DNA of 64,000 nt, from the NCBI GenBank assembly GCA_038231275.1, contig JBBRLQ010000024.1:1-64000 (forward strand), written 5' to 3'. The notes under the pieces were generated by a model. It did not search any database and was not told the origin of the DNA. It saw only the letters and a program-made list of their open reading frames with translations. Position 1 is the stretch's first letter; the number at the start of each line of letters is the position of its first letter. Source of the stretch: Polyangiales bacterium. GTDB lineage: Bacteria; Myxococcota_A; Polyangia; Polyangiales; Polyangiaceae. A program made the position numbers and the translations under genes. This document shows positions 17,621 to 27,153 of this stretch, in pieces.

Positions 17621-20287
17621 CTACCGCTCGCTGACGCGCTGTTTCTGACCCGGCGTGCTCGGCGGGTGGGAGCGCGAGACGAAGGCGTTCACCGGAGTCT
17701 TCAGGATCATCTTGCGCGGCGGGCGCGTCTCGATGCGGGCCATCGGCGCCCGGAGGCGATCGGAGAGGTCGCGATCGCCGGCGTAGTCCGCGATCATGCT
17801 CGCCTCGGCGCGGCGCTGATCGGCCTCCTCCGAGCGGCCGCGGTTCCACGCGATGGCGGCGAGACGCTCGAGCACGTGCGCGCGCGCGACGTCACGCTGG
17901 GGCGCGAGCTCCAAGATCTCCGCGAGCACGCCCTGCGCCTGATCCAAGCGGCCCGAGCGGACCAGCGCCTCGCCGAGCTTGCGCCCGAATACGACGCGCG
18001 CGCTGATCGCGACCTGCGCCTCGGCGTCTCCTCGGAGCTCGTGATCGCGCGCCGCGCGGATGCCGTCCAAGAGGAGCGCGATCGTAGCCTCGTCGCTGCC
18101 GCACCGCGTGCGCTCGCGCGCGGCGTTCTCGACGAGCAAGAACGTCTCGAAGCTCGGCTCGCCACGCAGCGCATGAAACGCGCGGAGCTCCACCGTGGAC
18201 GGCGCGTCGTCGATCAAGGCGAGCGCGCGGCTGTGCAGCTCCGCGACCGCGCCCGACCCGGCGTTCGCCAACGCCACTTGCCCATAGAGCGAGCTCGCGA
18301 GGCGCGCCTCACCGTCCTCCACCACGACGACGCCGGACTCCGCGAGGCGACGCAGCGCCTCGTCCAGATCTTCGCGACGAGGGAGCACCTCTCCCAACGC
18401 TCGCAACGAGGTCGCGCCGACGACGCCGAGCGCTTGAATCGTGCGCTGCTCGGCCGGCATCAAGTGGCGAATCCACAGCGCGACCAGCTCCGCGAGCGCC
18501 GCGGGCGGATCCGCGGGAGCATTGAGCTTCCGGAAGCGCCTCAGCGCGTCGAGATACAGGGGCTCGATGTCGTCCGCCATCGCGGAGGGCAGCGGGGCGT
18601 CGCCGAGGAGACGCTGCGCGTCGGCGCGCGCGAGGCCGTGCAGCTCGCGACCACGAATGCGACGTGCGAGGCCGACGTCGGGCGGCTGCTCGCTGGTCAT
18701 CACGACGAAGAGCCCCTTGGTGCCGTCGGTCTCCAGTAAATCCTCGAGCGCGCACTGCGAGACAGGGTCCATTTCGTGGACGTCGTCGATCGCGACGATG
18801 AGGCGCTCCTCTCCCGCGCGCTCAACGGCCCTCTTCGCCGCCCACGCGAGCGCGGCTTCCACGGCGCGCCGGGTCTTCTCCGGCTCTTGCTCGCGCGGGA
18901 TGTCGTGCGCGAAGATCGCGCGGAGACCCGCCGCGACATCTTCGCCCGCGTCGTCGACGTCGAGGAGCTCCGCCGCGGAAAGCCCCGTGAGCACGGGAGC
19001 GAGTTGCGCGAGACCACCCAGCGAGACCTCCCCCGCCGGGGCAGGGGGCGCTCGAAAGGTCATGACTTGCATGTCCCGCGCGCGAAGCTCGCTGACCACC
19101 ACCGAGAGCAGGCGCGAGCGTCCGATGCCCGCGCGGCCATGCAACACCAGCGCGCGCGCCTCACCGGGTTCGGCCACGAGGCCGAGGACCTCCACGAGAT
19201 CGGCGTCCCTACCCGCCAGCCCCGCCTCGCGCGAGACCGTCGCGAGGAGCGCCGCGGTGTCGGCGAGCGCGAGGCCCGCCTGGTCGTTGCGCGCCGGCGC
19301 CGGGCTCCTGCGCGGAAAGAGGCTCGCGCTGCCGGCGTTCCAGCTCACGTCCGTCGCCGACTCGACGATCGCCGCCGCGAAGGTCTCGGCGTCGGGGAAC
19401 CGATCCATGGGATCGATCGACAGCGACTTGATGCACACTTCGGCGAGCGCGTCGGGGATGCCTCGCTCGGGAGCGACGACGCGCGGGTCGGGGCGCGCCG
19501 CGGTGAGCTGCTTCAAGAGGATGCTGGTCGGCACCTCGTCGTCGAAGGGCACGAAGCCCGTGAGCATCTCGAAGAGCATGACGCCCACCGCGTAGAGGTC
19601 CGCGCTGGGGCCGACCATCCCGCCGCTCGCCTGCTCCGGCGCCATGTACCACGGCGTGCCGAAGACGCGGCCGGCCTGGGTCAGGCGCGGATCGCCGCCG
19701 ATGCGCGCGATACCGAAGTCGATCACCTTCACGTGGTGCGAGTCGTCGCGCCGCGTCTCGATGAGGAGGTTCTCCGGCTTCACGTCGCGGTGCGTGATGC
19801 CGATGTGATGCGCCTCGCCCAGCGCCGCGAGCGTCTGCCGGAGGATGTCGGCGACGCGCGCGTGCGAGAGGCGACGCGCGTCGATGACCACGCGCAGATC
19901 GCGGCCGGCCAGGAGCTCCATGACGAGGAAGAGGTGGCCGCCCTCCGACGCAGGCATTCGCCCGAAGTCGTAAATGCTCACGACGTTGGGGTGATTGAGC
20001 TTGCTCGACGCGCGCGCCTCGGTGAAGAAGCGGCCGACGACCTCGTCGGAGGTCAAGAGGTGCGGGTGAATCAGCTTGATCGCGATCGGCCGATCGAGCG
20101 ACGTCTGGATGCCGCGGTAGACACGTCCCATTCCGCCAACGTTGATGAGCTCTCCGACGAGGTAGCGCTCGCCGATCACGCGGCCCGTGAAAGGATCGAC
20201 CGATGGTTCGGGCAACGCGGCGAGCGCACCACACTCGGGGCAAAATTTGCCGCCGGTCTCGGGATGGCCACACCGAAGAAGCCGCAT
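17621..20287 (-). CDS. Ser/Thr kinase fused to a degenerate AAA/STAND-like ATPase and C-terminal helical repeats
   Basis: N-terminal CG..CPECG zinc ribbon; GGMGRVY, HRDVKPEN, DFG, YMAPEQ; Walker A-like GRAGIGRS, Walker B-like IVAIDDVH. Confidence 0.9.
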   Translation of the reverse strand: MRLLRCGHPETGGKFCPECGALAALPEPSVDPFTGRVIGERYLVGELINVGGMGRVYRGIQTSLDRPIAIKLIHPHLLTSDEVVGRFFTEARASSKLNHPNVVSIYDFGRMPASEGGHLFLVMELLAGRDLRVVIDARRLSHARVADILRQTLAALGEAHHIGITHRDVKPENLLIETRRDDSHHVKVIDFGIARIGGDPRLTQAGRVFGTPWYMAPEQASGGMVGPSADLYAVGVMLFEMLTGFVPFDDEVPTSILLKQLTAARPDPRVVAPERGIPDALAEVCIKSLSIDPMDRFPDAETFAAAIVESATDVSWNAGSASLFPRRSPAPARNDQAGLALADTAALLATVSREAGLAGRDADLVEVLGLVAEPGEARALVLHGRAGIGRSRLLSVVVSELRARDMQVMTFRAPPAPAGEVSLGGLAQLAPVLTGLSAAELLDVDDAGEDVAAGLRAIFAHDIPREQEPEKTRRAVEAALAWAAKRAVERAGEERLIVAIDDVHEMDPVSQCALEDLLETDGTKGLFVVMTSEQPPDVGLARRIRGRELHGLARADAQRLLGDAPLPSAMADDIEPLYLDALRRFRKLNAPADPPAALAELVALWIRHLMPAEQRTIQALGVVGATSLRALGEVLPRREDLDEALRRLAESGVVVVEDGEARLASSLYGQVALANAGSGAVAELHSRALALIDDAPSTVELRAFHALRGEPSFETFLLVENAARERTRCGSDEATIALLLDGIRAARDHELRGDAEAQVAISARVVFGRKLGEALVRSGRLDQAQGVLAEILELAPQRDVARAHVLERLAAIAWNRGRSEEADQRRAEASMIADYAGDRDLSDRLRAPMARIETRPPRKMILKTPVNAFVSRSHPPSTPGQKQRVSER

Positions 20288-20410
20288 TCTCTTGATTGGG
20301 CGACCACTGAGGCAGTCCTGTCAACGGGCGAGCGTGTGACCATCTCGATCCGCATCGTGTGGGGTCGCGTAGGGAACCTGTTCCCGGTCGTCGCCCTCTG
20401 ACCCAACTCC

Positions 20411-23227
20411 GTGATAGGTCTCGGGGCCGTGGCCGGGCCGAGCCATCAAAGCCATCACGTGGGAACGGTCGAGGAGCTCCTCATCCGTGTCGCCTCGGAC
20501 GCCGCACACGGCCTGACCGCTGCGGAGGCGCAAACGCGCCTCGCTCGCGACGGGAAGAACGAGCTGCCGGCACCGCCGCGGCCGAGCCGCCTGCGCCAGT
20601 TCTTCGCGCAGTTCACGAACCCGATCGTGATCACGCTGATCGTCGCCGCGATCATCGCGATGGTCAACGGTGCGAGCAACGAGCACGAGACGTTCCTCGT
20701 CCGCTACGGCGACGCGATCGCGATCATCCTCATCGTCGCGCTCAACGCGGTGCTCGGCTACTACCAGGAGCTGCGCGCGGAGGCGGCGCTCGACGCGCTC
20801 CAGAAGATGCAGACGCCGTTCGCGCGCGTTCGCCGCGACGACACGGTCACGATGATCGCGGCCTCCGATCTCGTGGAGGGCGACGTGCTCGAGCTCGAGG
20901 CCGGGGACGCCGTGCCCGCCGACGCGCGCCTCCTCCAGACGATCCACCTCGCCGCCCAAGAGGGCGCGCTCACCGGCGAGTCGCTCCCCGTCGGCAAGGA
21001 CGCACGCGCCGAGCTCGATGCTGACGCGCCGCTCGGCGACCGCTCGAACATGCTCTTCGTCGGCACCATCTTGATCCGCGGCAAGGGGCGCGCGGTCGTC
21101 GTCGCCACGGCGCAGAAGACCGAGCTCGGCAAGATCAGCGCGCTCATGCAGAAGCCCGGCGAGCGCAAGACGCCGCTCGAAGAGCGCCTCGATCGCTTCG
21201 GCAAGCGCATCCTGTGGGTCTGCCTCGGCCTCTCTGCGCTCCTCTTTGCGTGGGGAATGCTGAGCCCCCATTTCCTCGGGACGCCGACGCGCAAGTGGCA
21301 CGATCTGCTCCTCGAGGCGGTCAGCCTCGCGGTCGCGGCGATCCCCGAAGGCCTCCCCGCGATCACGACGATCACCCTCGCGCTCGGCATGCAGCGCATG
21401 GCCAAGCGAGGCGCCATCATCCGCAAGCTCGCGGCGGTGGAGACGCTCGGCTCGGCGACGGTCATCTGCACCGACAAGACCGGCACGTTGACGCAGAACG
21501 AGATGACCGTGCGCGAGGTGTACTGCGCCGGCGTCACCTACGAGGTCACCGGCGTCGGCTACGATCCGAAAGGGGACATCCTCCACCCCGACGGAACCAA
21601 GATCGAGGTCGCCGGGGCGCTGAGCGATCTCTGCGCGACCATCGCGCTCTGCAACAACGCGACGCTCGAGCAAAAGGACGACGGCAGCTGGAAGACCGTC
21701 GGCGATCCGACCGAGGGCGCCCTCCTCACGCTCGCCGCGAAGGCCGGCGTCCCGCGCGAGTCGGTGGCGCCGTCGCATCAGGTCCTGAAGGAGCTGCCGT
21801 TCGACAGCGATCGCAAGCGCATGACCATCGTCACGCTCGACGAGCTCGGGCGCGAGGTCGTCCACACCAAGGGCAGCGCCGACGTGCTCCTCCCCTTGTG
21901 CACCGTGCGCCAAGCGGAGGACGGCACGATCCCGCTCGACGAAGCCACGCGCGCGGAGATCCTCCACGAGGCCGAGCGCATGGGCAGCCTCTCGCTCCGC
22001 GTGCTCGCCGTCGCGCGGCGCGAGCTCGTCACCGGCAAGGACGTAGATCCGCCGAGCGGCCGCCCCAGCGAGCTCGAGCACGGCCTCACCTTCCTCGGCC
22101 TCGTCGGCATGATCGATCCGCCGCGCGAGGGCGTGAAGGAAGCCGTCCGCCTGAGCCACGAGGCGCAGGTGCGCGTCGTCATGATCACCGGCGATCACAA
22201 GGTCACTGCCGTCGCCATCGCACGCGAGCTCGGGCTGTGGGACGAGGGGGCCATCGCGCTGACGGGCAGCGAGCTCGAGAAGCTCTCGGAGAAGGAGCTC
22301 GAGACTCGCATCGACAGCGCCCGCGTCTTCGCGCGCGTCACCGCCGAGCAGAAGCTCCGCATCGTCCGCGCGTTCAAGTCGCGGGGTCACATCGTCGCGA
22401 TGACCGGCGACGGCGTGAACGACGCGCCAGCCCTCCGCGAAGCGCACATCGGCGTCGCGATGGGCAAGGACGGCACCGACGTCGCGCGCCAGGCCGCCGA
22501 CATGGTCCTCGCCGACGACAACTTCGCGACCATCGTGGACGCCGTGCGCGAAGGCCGCGCCATCTGGCGCAACATCCAGAAGTTCATCTTCTTCCTCTTG
22601 TCGTCGAACGCTGGACTCCTCGTCACGGTCTTCGCCGCCTCGTTCTTGCCGCACCTCCGCCCGTTGCGGCCGCTCATGATCCTGTGGATCAACCTCGTCA
22701 CCAACGGCCTGCCGGCGCTCGCCCTCGGCGTGGATCCGCCCGATCCCACGCAGATGATGGAGCCGCCGCGCAAGGCGACCGCCGAGCTCCTCGGCGCGCG
22801 CGAGTACCTCGGAATGCTCGTCGTCGGCCTCTGGATGGGAGGCTGCGCGATGGCTTGCTACATGTGGCCGTGGGATCAGGTCCACATCAGCCAGCACGCG
22901 CGCGCGATCGCCTTTTCGCTCCTCGCGCTGAGCCCGCTCTTCCACGCGTTCAACTGCCGCTCGGCCACCGCATCGATCTTCGCGCTCCGGCCGTTCGTGA
23001 GCATTCCGCTGGTGGCCGCGGTCGTCGCGAGCGCGGCGATCCACCTCGTGGCCGTGCTCGTCCCCAGTCTCCGCGCCGTCTTCGCCACCTACGCCCTCAC
23101 GAGCTACGAGTGGTTCGTGCTCCTCGGCTTGTCGGCGTCGATCGTTCCGGCGATCGAGATCCTGAAGCTCCTCCAGCGCAGGGGAATCGTTGCTGCCGAT
23201 CTCGGCCCCATGTCGCGGCGCGGGTAG
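20411..23227 (+). CDS. Cation-translocating P-type ATPase (P2A-like)
   Basis: [41 protein letters not shown]. Start could be GTG 20429. Confidence 0.96.
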   Translation: MIGLGAVAGPSHQSHHVGTVEELLIRVASDAAHGLTAAEAQTRLARDGKNELPAPPRPSRLRQFFAQFTNPIVITLIVAAIIAMVNGASNEHETFLVRYGDAIAIILIVALNAVLGYYQELRAEAALDALQKMQTPFARVRRDDTVTMIAASDLVEGDVLELEAGDAVPADARLLQTIHLAAQEGALTGESLPVGKDARAELDADAPLGDRSNMLFVGTILIRGKGRAVVVATAQKTELGKISALMQKPGERKTPLEERLDRFGKRILWVCLGLSALLFAWGMLSPHFLGTPTRKWHDLLLEAVSLAVAAIPEGLPAITTITLALGMQRMAKRGAIIRKLAAVETLGSATVICTDKTGTLTQNEMTVREVYCAGVTYEVTGVGYDPKGDILHPDGTKIEVAGALSDLCATIALCNNATLEQKDDGSWKTVGDPTEGALLTLAAKAGVPRESVAPSHQVLKELPFDSDRKRMTIVTLDELGREVVHTKGSADVLLPLCTVRQAEDGTIPLDEATRAEILHEAERMGSLSLRVLAVARRELVTGKDVDPPSGRPSELEHGLTFLGLVGMIDPPREGVKEAVRLSHEAQVRVVMITGDHKVTAVAIARELGLWDEGAIALTGSELEKLSEKELETRIDSARVFARVTAEQKLRIVRAFKSRGHIVAMTGDGVNDAPALREAHIGVAMGKDGTDVARQAADMVLADDNFATIVDAVREGRAIWRNIQKFIFFLLSSNAGLLVTVFAASFLPHLRPLRPLMILWINLVTNGLPALALGVDPPDPTQMMEPPRKATAELLGAREYLGMLVVGLWMGGCAMACYMWPWDQVHISQHARAIAFSLLALSPLFHAFNCRSATASIFALRPFVSIPLVAAVVASAAIHLVAVLVPSLRAVFATYALTSYEWFVLLGLSASIVPAIEILKLLQRRGIVAADLGPMSRRG

Positions 23228-23252
23228 ACTCGGTAGACTCCAGGGCGACGCG

Positions 23253-25367
23253 ATGCGCACGCCTCACCAACCTCCCGTTCCCCGCCGCCTCTGGACCTTC
23301 GTTCTCGGCTGCACGCTGGTGGCGTGCGGAGGCGGCGGCGGCGCGACACCCAAGACGACCGGGCCTGGCGCCCGAGACGCCGACAAACCGAAGGACGCGC
23401 CCATCGGCGATCTCGCGCTCGCCAAGGGCGGCCTCGCCTCGCTCGGCGGCGCGGGAAACCGCGAGCAGGATCCCGTCCCCTCCGCGGTGCTCGACACGTT
23501 CCGTCTCGATCTCGTCGAGCCCAAGGCGCGTGTAAAGGTCGACGGCGTGCTCGGCGAGTGGCCGGCCCGCGTCGGCGCGCGCACGCTGATCAAGGGCGGA
23601 GCAGAAGGCGCGTCGTTCGCCGCGGCGCTCCAATACGACGACGCGAAGATCTACATCGCGGGCGAGGTCACCGAGAAGAGCCTGGTGCGCACGACGAGCT
23701 ACGCCGACTCCGAGGACCACGCGTCGCTCCTCCTCGCCTTCCCCTCCGGCGGCGCCGGCAGCACCTTCGTCACCTACGAAATTGGCCTTTTTGCAGGCAA
23801 AGAAGGGGACGTGCCCGGCGTCGTGCGCTTCATTTCGGGCGGCCGCGGCGAGGTCCCCGGCGCCAAGATCGTCGAGGCCCCTTCGCAGGGCGGCTACACG
23901 TTCGAGGCGGTCATCCCGTGGAGCACGTTCCCCGAAGCCCGCACAGTACGCGTCGGTCTACGCGGCGCGGCGCGCTATTACGATGCCGAAGGGAGTGGCG
24001 TCCGCGCGATCCTCGCGACCGGTCCCGGCGCCGCCGATACGCCGGCCCGCATGCCTTACGTGCCGAGCGAGACCGAGCAGTCGATCATCGACGGCCTCCT
24101 CATTCCCAAGCAGCTGAGCCAGACCCCGCGCGCCGAAGTCCTCGCCGACGTCGGCGGCGACGCGATGAAGGAGCGCGTCGCCGTCTACGATCGATTCTTC
24201 ACGATTTGCGGCCCATCGTACCGCGGCGGCAAGGAGTTCTTCTTCCGTGACCTCGGCGCCGATCTCGTCAGCCTCGACGCGCGCGACGTCACCGGGCGCG
24301 GCAAGGACGATCTGCTCGTGCGGCGCCGCTTCAAGGTCCCCGGCAAGGCCGACGCGACGCGCGAGTGGTTCGAGGTGTGGAGCGTCATGAAGGGCGACGA
24401 GCCGGTGACGACGTTCGCGCACGAGATCGCCGTCTCGAGCGGCGCGCGGCGCGTCGCGAACGCCGTGCACGTGACGACGAAAGAGATCGAGGTGTCGACC
24501 GAGCCGGCCGCCGGCTGGGAGGCGGCGACGTACACCGAACCGCAAGCGACCGATCTCGATCCGATCCTCCTGCCGTGGGGGCCGGTCAAATCGCAGACGT
24601 TCCGCTTCGAGTCGGGCAAGTTCGTCAAGTCGAAGGAGATCACGCAGACGCCCACGGCGGTCGCCGTCGCGGGCCGTCCCGAGGCCGCGCCGCCGTCGTC
24701 CACCGAGGCCCAGGCCCCTCCGACGCCCGTGGTCCGCAAGGGCGGCGATCTTTCGAAGCAGGTCTTCGACCAGTACAAATCCGACAAGGGTCTCCCTGCC
24801 GACACCAAGCCGCGCATCGATCTCGAGGTCCACGTCGCCGGCGACGCGCGGCCCGAGCGCGTGCTCCTCGTCGGAAAGGATCTCGTCGTCTTCGGCCCCG
24901 GATTCCGCGGCGGCAACCAGTACGCGACGCTGACGCTCCAGCAGTTCGACGCGCCCGCCGACGTGACCGACGTGAGCGCGCGCGATCTCACGGGAGACGG
25001 CGGCGCCGATCTCGTCGTCCGCGGCAAGCGCCACATCACGCCCCCCGGCGGCGGCGACACCGTCGATCTCGAGGCGATGTTCGTCTACGAGGTCAAAGGC
25101 GCGCAGATCGCGCGCGTCTTCGCGATCGAGACGGCGCGCGAGCAAGGCGGCAAGCGCGTGCAGGGGCTCGTCCAGTTCGTCCCTGCGCGCGGCGGCAAGT
25201 CGTTCGATATCGACGTGCGCCCCGGGGTCGCGAAGGGCTGGACCGAGAAGACGTTCCCGTGGCGCGAAGAGAAGCCGGGCGGCGCCGTCGAGCCGCTCCT
25301 CTTGCCGTGGGGCACCATCGGGAGCCTTCGCTACACGTACAACGGCACGTCGTACGTGACACGGTAG
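23253..25367 (+). CDS. Hypothetical lipoprotein with CBM9-like sugar-binding domain and two FG-GAP-like modules
   Basis: LVAC lipobox; VKVDGVLGEW...YDDAKIYIAGEV...GYTFEAVIPW; DVTGRGKDDLLV and DLTGDGGADLVV; duplicated PILLPWG/PLLLPWG. Confidence 0.75.
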   Translation: MRTPHQPPVPRRLWTFVLGCTLVACGGGGGATPKTTGPGARDADKPKDAPIGDLALAKGGLASLGGAGNREQDPVPSAVLDTFRLDLVEPKARVKVDGVLGEWPARVGARTLIKGGAEGASFAAALQYDDAKIYIAGEVTEKSLVRTTSYADSEDHASLLLAFPSGGAGSTFVTYEIGLFAGKEGDVPGVVRFISGGRGEVPGAKIVEAPSQGGYTFEAVIPWSTFPEARTVRVGLRGAARYYDAEGSGVRAILATGPGAADTPARMPYVPSETEQSIIDGLLIPKQLSQTPRAEVLADVGGDAMKERVAVYDRFFTICGPSYRGGKEFFFRDLGADLVSLDARDVTGRGKDDLLVRRRFKVPGKADATREWFEVWSVMKGDEPVTTFAHEIAVSSGARRVANAVHVTTKEIEVSTEPAAGWEAATYTEPQATDLDPILLPWGPVKSQTFRFESGKFVKSKEITQTPTAVAVAGRPEAAPPSSTEAQAPPTPVVRKGGDLSKQVFDQYKSDKGLPADTKPRIDLEVHVAGDARPERVLLVGKDLVVFGPGFRGGNQYATLTLQQFDAPADVTDVSARDLTGDGGADLVVRGKRHITPPGGGDTVDLEAMFVYEVKGAQIARVFAIETAREQGGKRVQGLVQFVPARGGKSFDIDVRPGVAKGWTEKTFPWREEKPGGAVEPLLLPWGTIGSLRYTYNGTSYVTR

Positions 25368-25386
25368 CTGCGCCAACCCGCGCGCC

Positions 25387-26991
25387 TCACTTCCACGGAT
25401 CGCAGCCCTTTTCGGTGATGTCGCACTTGGGCTTCGGGCCCGCAGGCTTGGCCGTTGCAGCACCAGTCCCAGCGCCGGTGGCGGTGGTCGGCGGCTTCGG
25501 CGGCTTCGTGCCCGCGTAGAGCGCCTGCATCTTCACCACCATGCGCCGCTCGCTCTTCTCGTCGAGGGTGAGCGGGAGATCTTTGTATCCTGCACGCTTC
25601 GCAACGAGGTCCACGCGCTCGCCGCCCTTCAGCGACACCGCGAAAGGAGGACCGTCGAGCGGCGCGGCCCCACGAAACAGCTTCGCGTCGGCGGGATCGA
25701 TCGACAGCAGCACCTCCCGGGTGAGCTCGGGAGCCGACGCGACGGGAGGCGGATCGGACGCCGGCAACGCGGAGGCGCTCGGCACCGTGTTCGCGATCGG
25801 GTCGGGCTTCGGCTTCGCGCCGCTGGGCTTGCTCGTCACGATCGCGAGCGCGACGCCCACCAGGCCGAGACCGACCACGCCTCCCACCACCGCGAAGAGC
25901 GGCCACCGGCTGCGCGCGGCCGGAAGTGGCGTTCCTGGCACCGCCGCCGGCATCGCGCCGGGCCGGCTCCGGAAATAATCCTGCGGCACGTTGAAGCCGC
26001 CCGAGCGGCTCATCATCTCTGCGACGGCGAGCGGAACCTGCCCGTGCTCGAGCAGCTCCAGATCGGCGACGAGATCGGTCATCGTCGCGTAGCGCCCCTC
26101 GGGCTTCTTCGAGAGGCACTTCAGCACGATGGCATCGAGCCCCGGCGGCACGTCCCCCGGCGGCGGCACCAGCGCCATGATGGAGACCGGCGCCTTGTAC
26201 ATGTGCTGCGTCAGGATCCCCATGAAGTTGTCGGCGTCGAACGGCACGCGCCCGCTCGCGAGCTCGTAGAGGATGACGCCGAGCGCGTAGATGTCGGTGC
26301 GCTGATCGACGGGCGTGCCGGCCGCCTGCTCGGGGGACATGTAGTGCGGCGTCCCGAACACACTGCCCGCGCGCGTGATGCGGTGACTCTCGTCGCCGAC
26401 GACCTTCGCGATGCCGAAGTCGAGGATCTTCGCGAAGTCCTTGTCGACCCCGCGCGCGACGATCATCACGTTGTCGGGCTTCAAATCGCGGTGGATGATG
26501 CCGGCCTCGTGCGCCGCGGCCAGGCCCTGCGCGATCTGCTTGCCGATGTGGAGGATGCGCGGCACCGCCCACGGCGTGCCCTTGTGGGTGTGCATCCGCT
26601 CGCCGAGGCTCATGCCGTCGAGGAACTCCATCACGAAGTACGTGGCGCCGTCGGGGAGCTGCCCGAAGTCGGAGATATCGACGATGTGCGGGTTACCGAT
26701 CGAGGACGCGCTCTTGGCTTCCTGGAGGAAGCGATCGGTGAGCTCCTTCTCGCGCTTCGCGTCGGTCTTCAGGATCTTGATGGCGACGCGCTTGTCGATC
26801 ACCTTGTGGCGACCGCGGTAGACGAATCCCATTCCCCCTTCGCCGATGAGGCTCTCGACGAGGTAGCGGCCATCGATCGTGCGACCGAGGTAAGGGTCCT
26901 GCTTGGCGGGCAACGGCGGAGTCGGCCCGGTGGACGAGACGTCCACGGCGGTCGGCTCGTCGCCGCGATTCGGTGTGTTGCCGCTGTCCAT
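25387..26991 (-). CDS. Transmembrane Ser/Thr kinase with C-terminal PEGA-like domain
   Basis: IGEGGMGFVY, HRDLKPDN, DFG, YMSPEQ; TM segment; SIDPADAKLF...KRAGYK; ends CDPWK. Confidence 0.94.
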   Translation of the reverse strand: MDSGNTPNRGDEPTAVDVSSTGPTPPLPAKQDPYLGRTIDGRYLVESLIGEGGMGFVYRGRHKVIDKRVAIKILKTDAKREKELTDRFLQEAKSASSIGNPHIVDISDFGQLPDGATYFVMEFLDGMSLGERMHTHKGTPWAVPRILHIGKQIAQGLAAAHEAGIIHRDLKPDNVMIVARGVDKDFAKILDFGIAKVVGDESHRITRAGSVFGTPHYMSPEQAAGTPVDQRTDIYALGVILYELASGRVPFDADNFMGILTQHMYKAPVSIMALVPPPGDVPPGLDAIVLKCLSKKPEGRYATMTDLVADLELLEHGQVPLAVAEMMSRSGGFNVPQDYFRSRPGAMPAAVPGTPLPAARSRWPLFAVVGGVVGLGLVGVALAIVTSKPSGAKPKPDPIANTVPSASALPASDPPPVASAPELTREVLLSIDPADAKLFRGAAPLDGPPFAVSLKGGERVDLVAKRAGYKDLPLTLDEKSERRMVVKMQALYAGTKPPKPPTTATGAGTGAATAKPAGPKPKCDITEKGCDPWK

Positions 26992-27153
26992 GAGGAATCC
27001 CCCGGGCCTTCCCGGGTTATCTGATTAATACCCTCGCTCGAGGGATTCGACAAAAGCTCCCCGCAGAAACGGCCGACCTTTCGAAATGGCGCGCCTGTGG
27101 GATGACTCCCCCGCGTCCGCGTGTGGTAGGAGCGGGCAGAGCAGGAGAATTTC

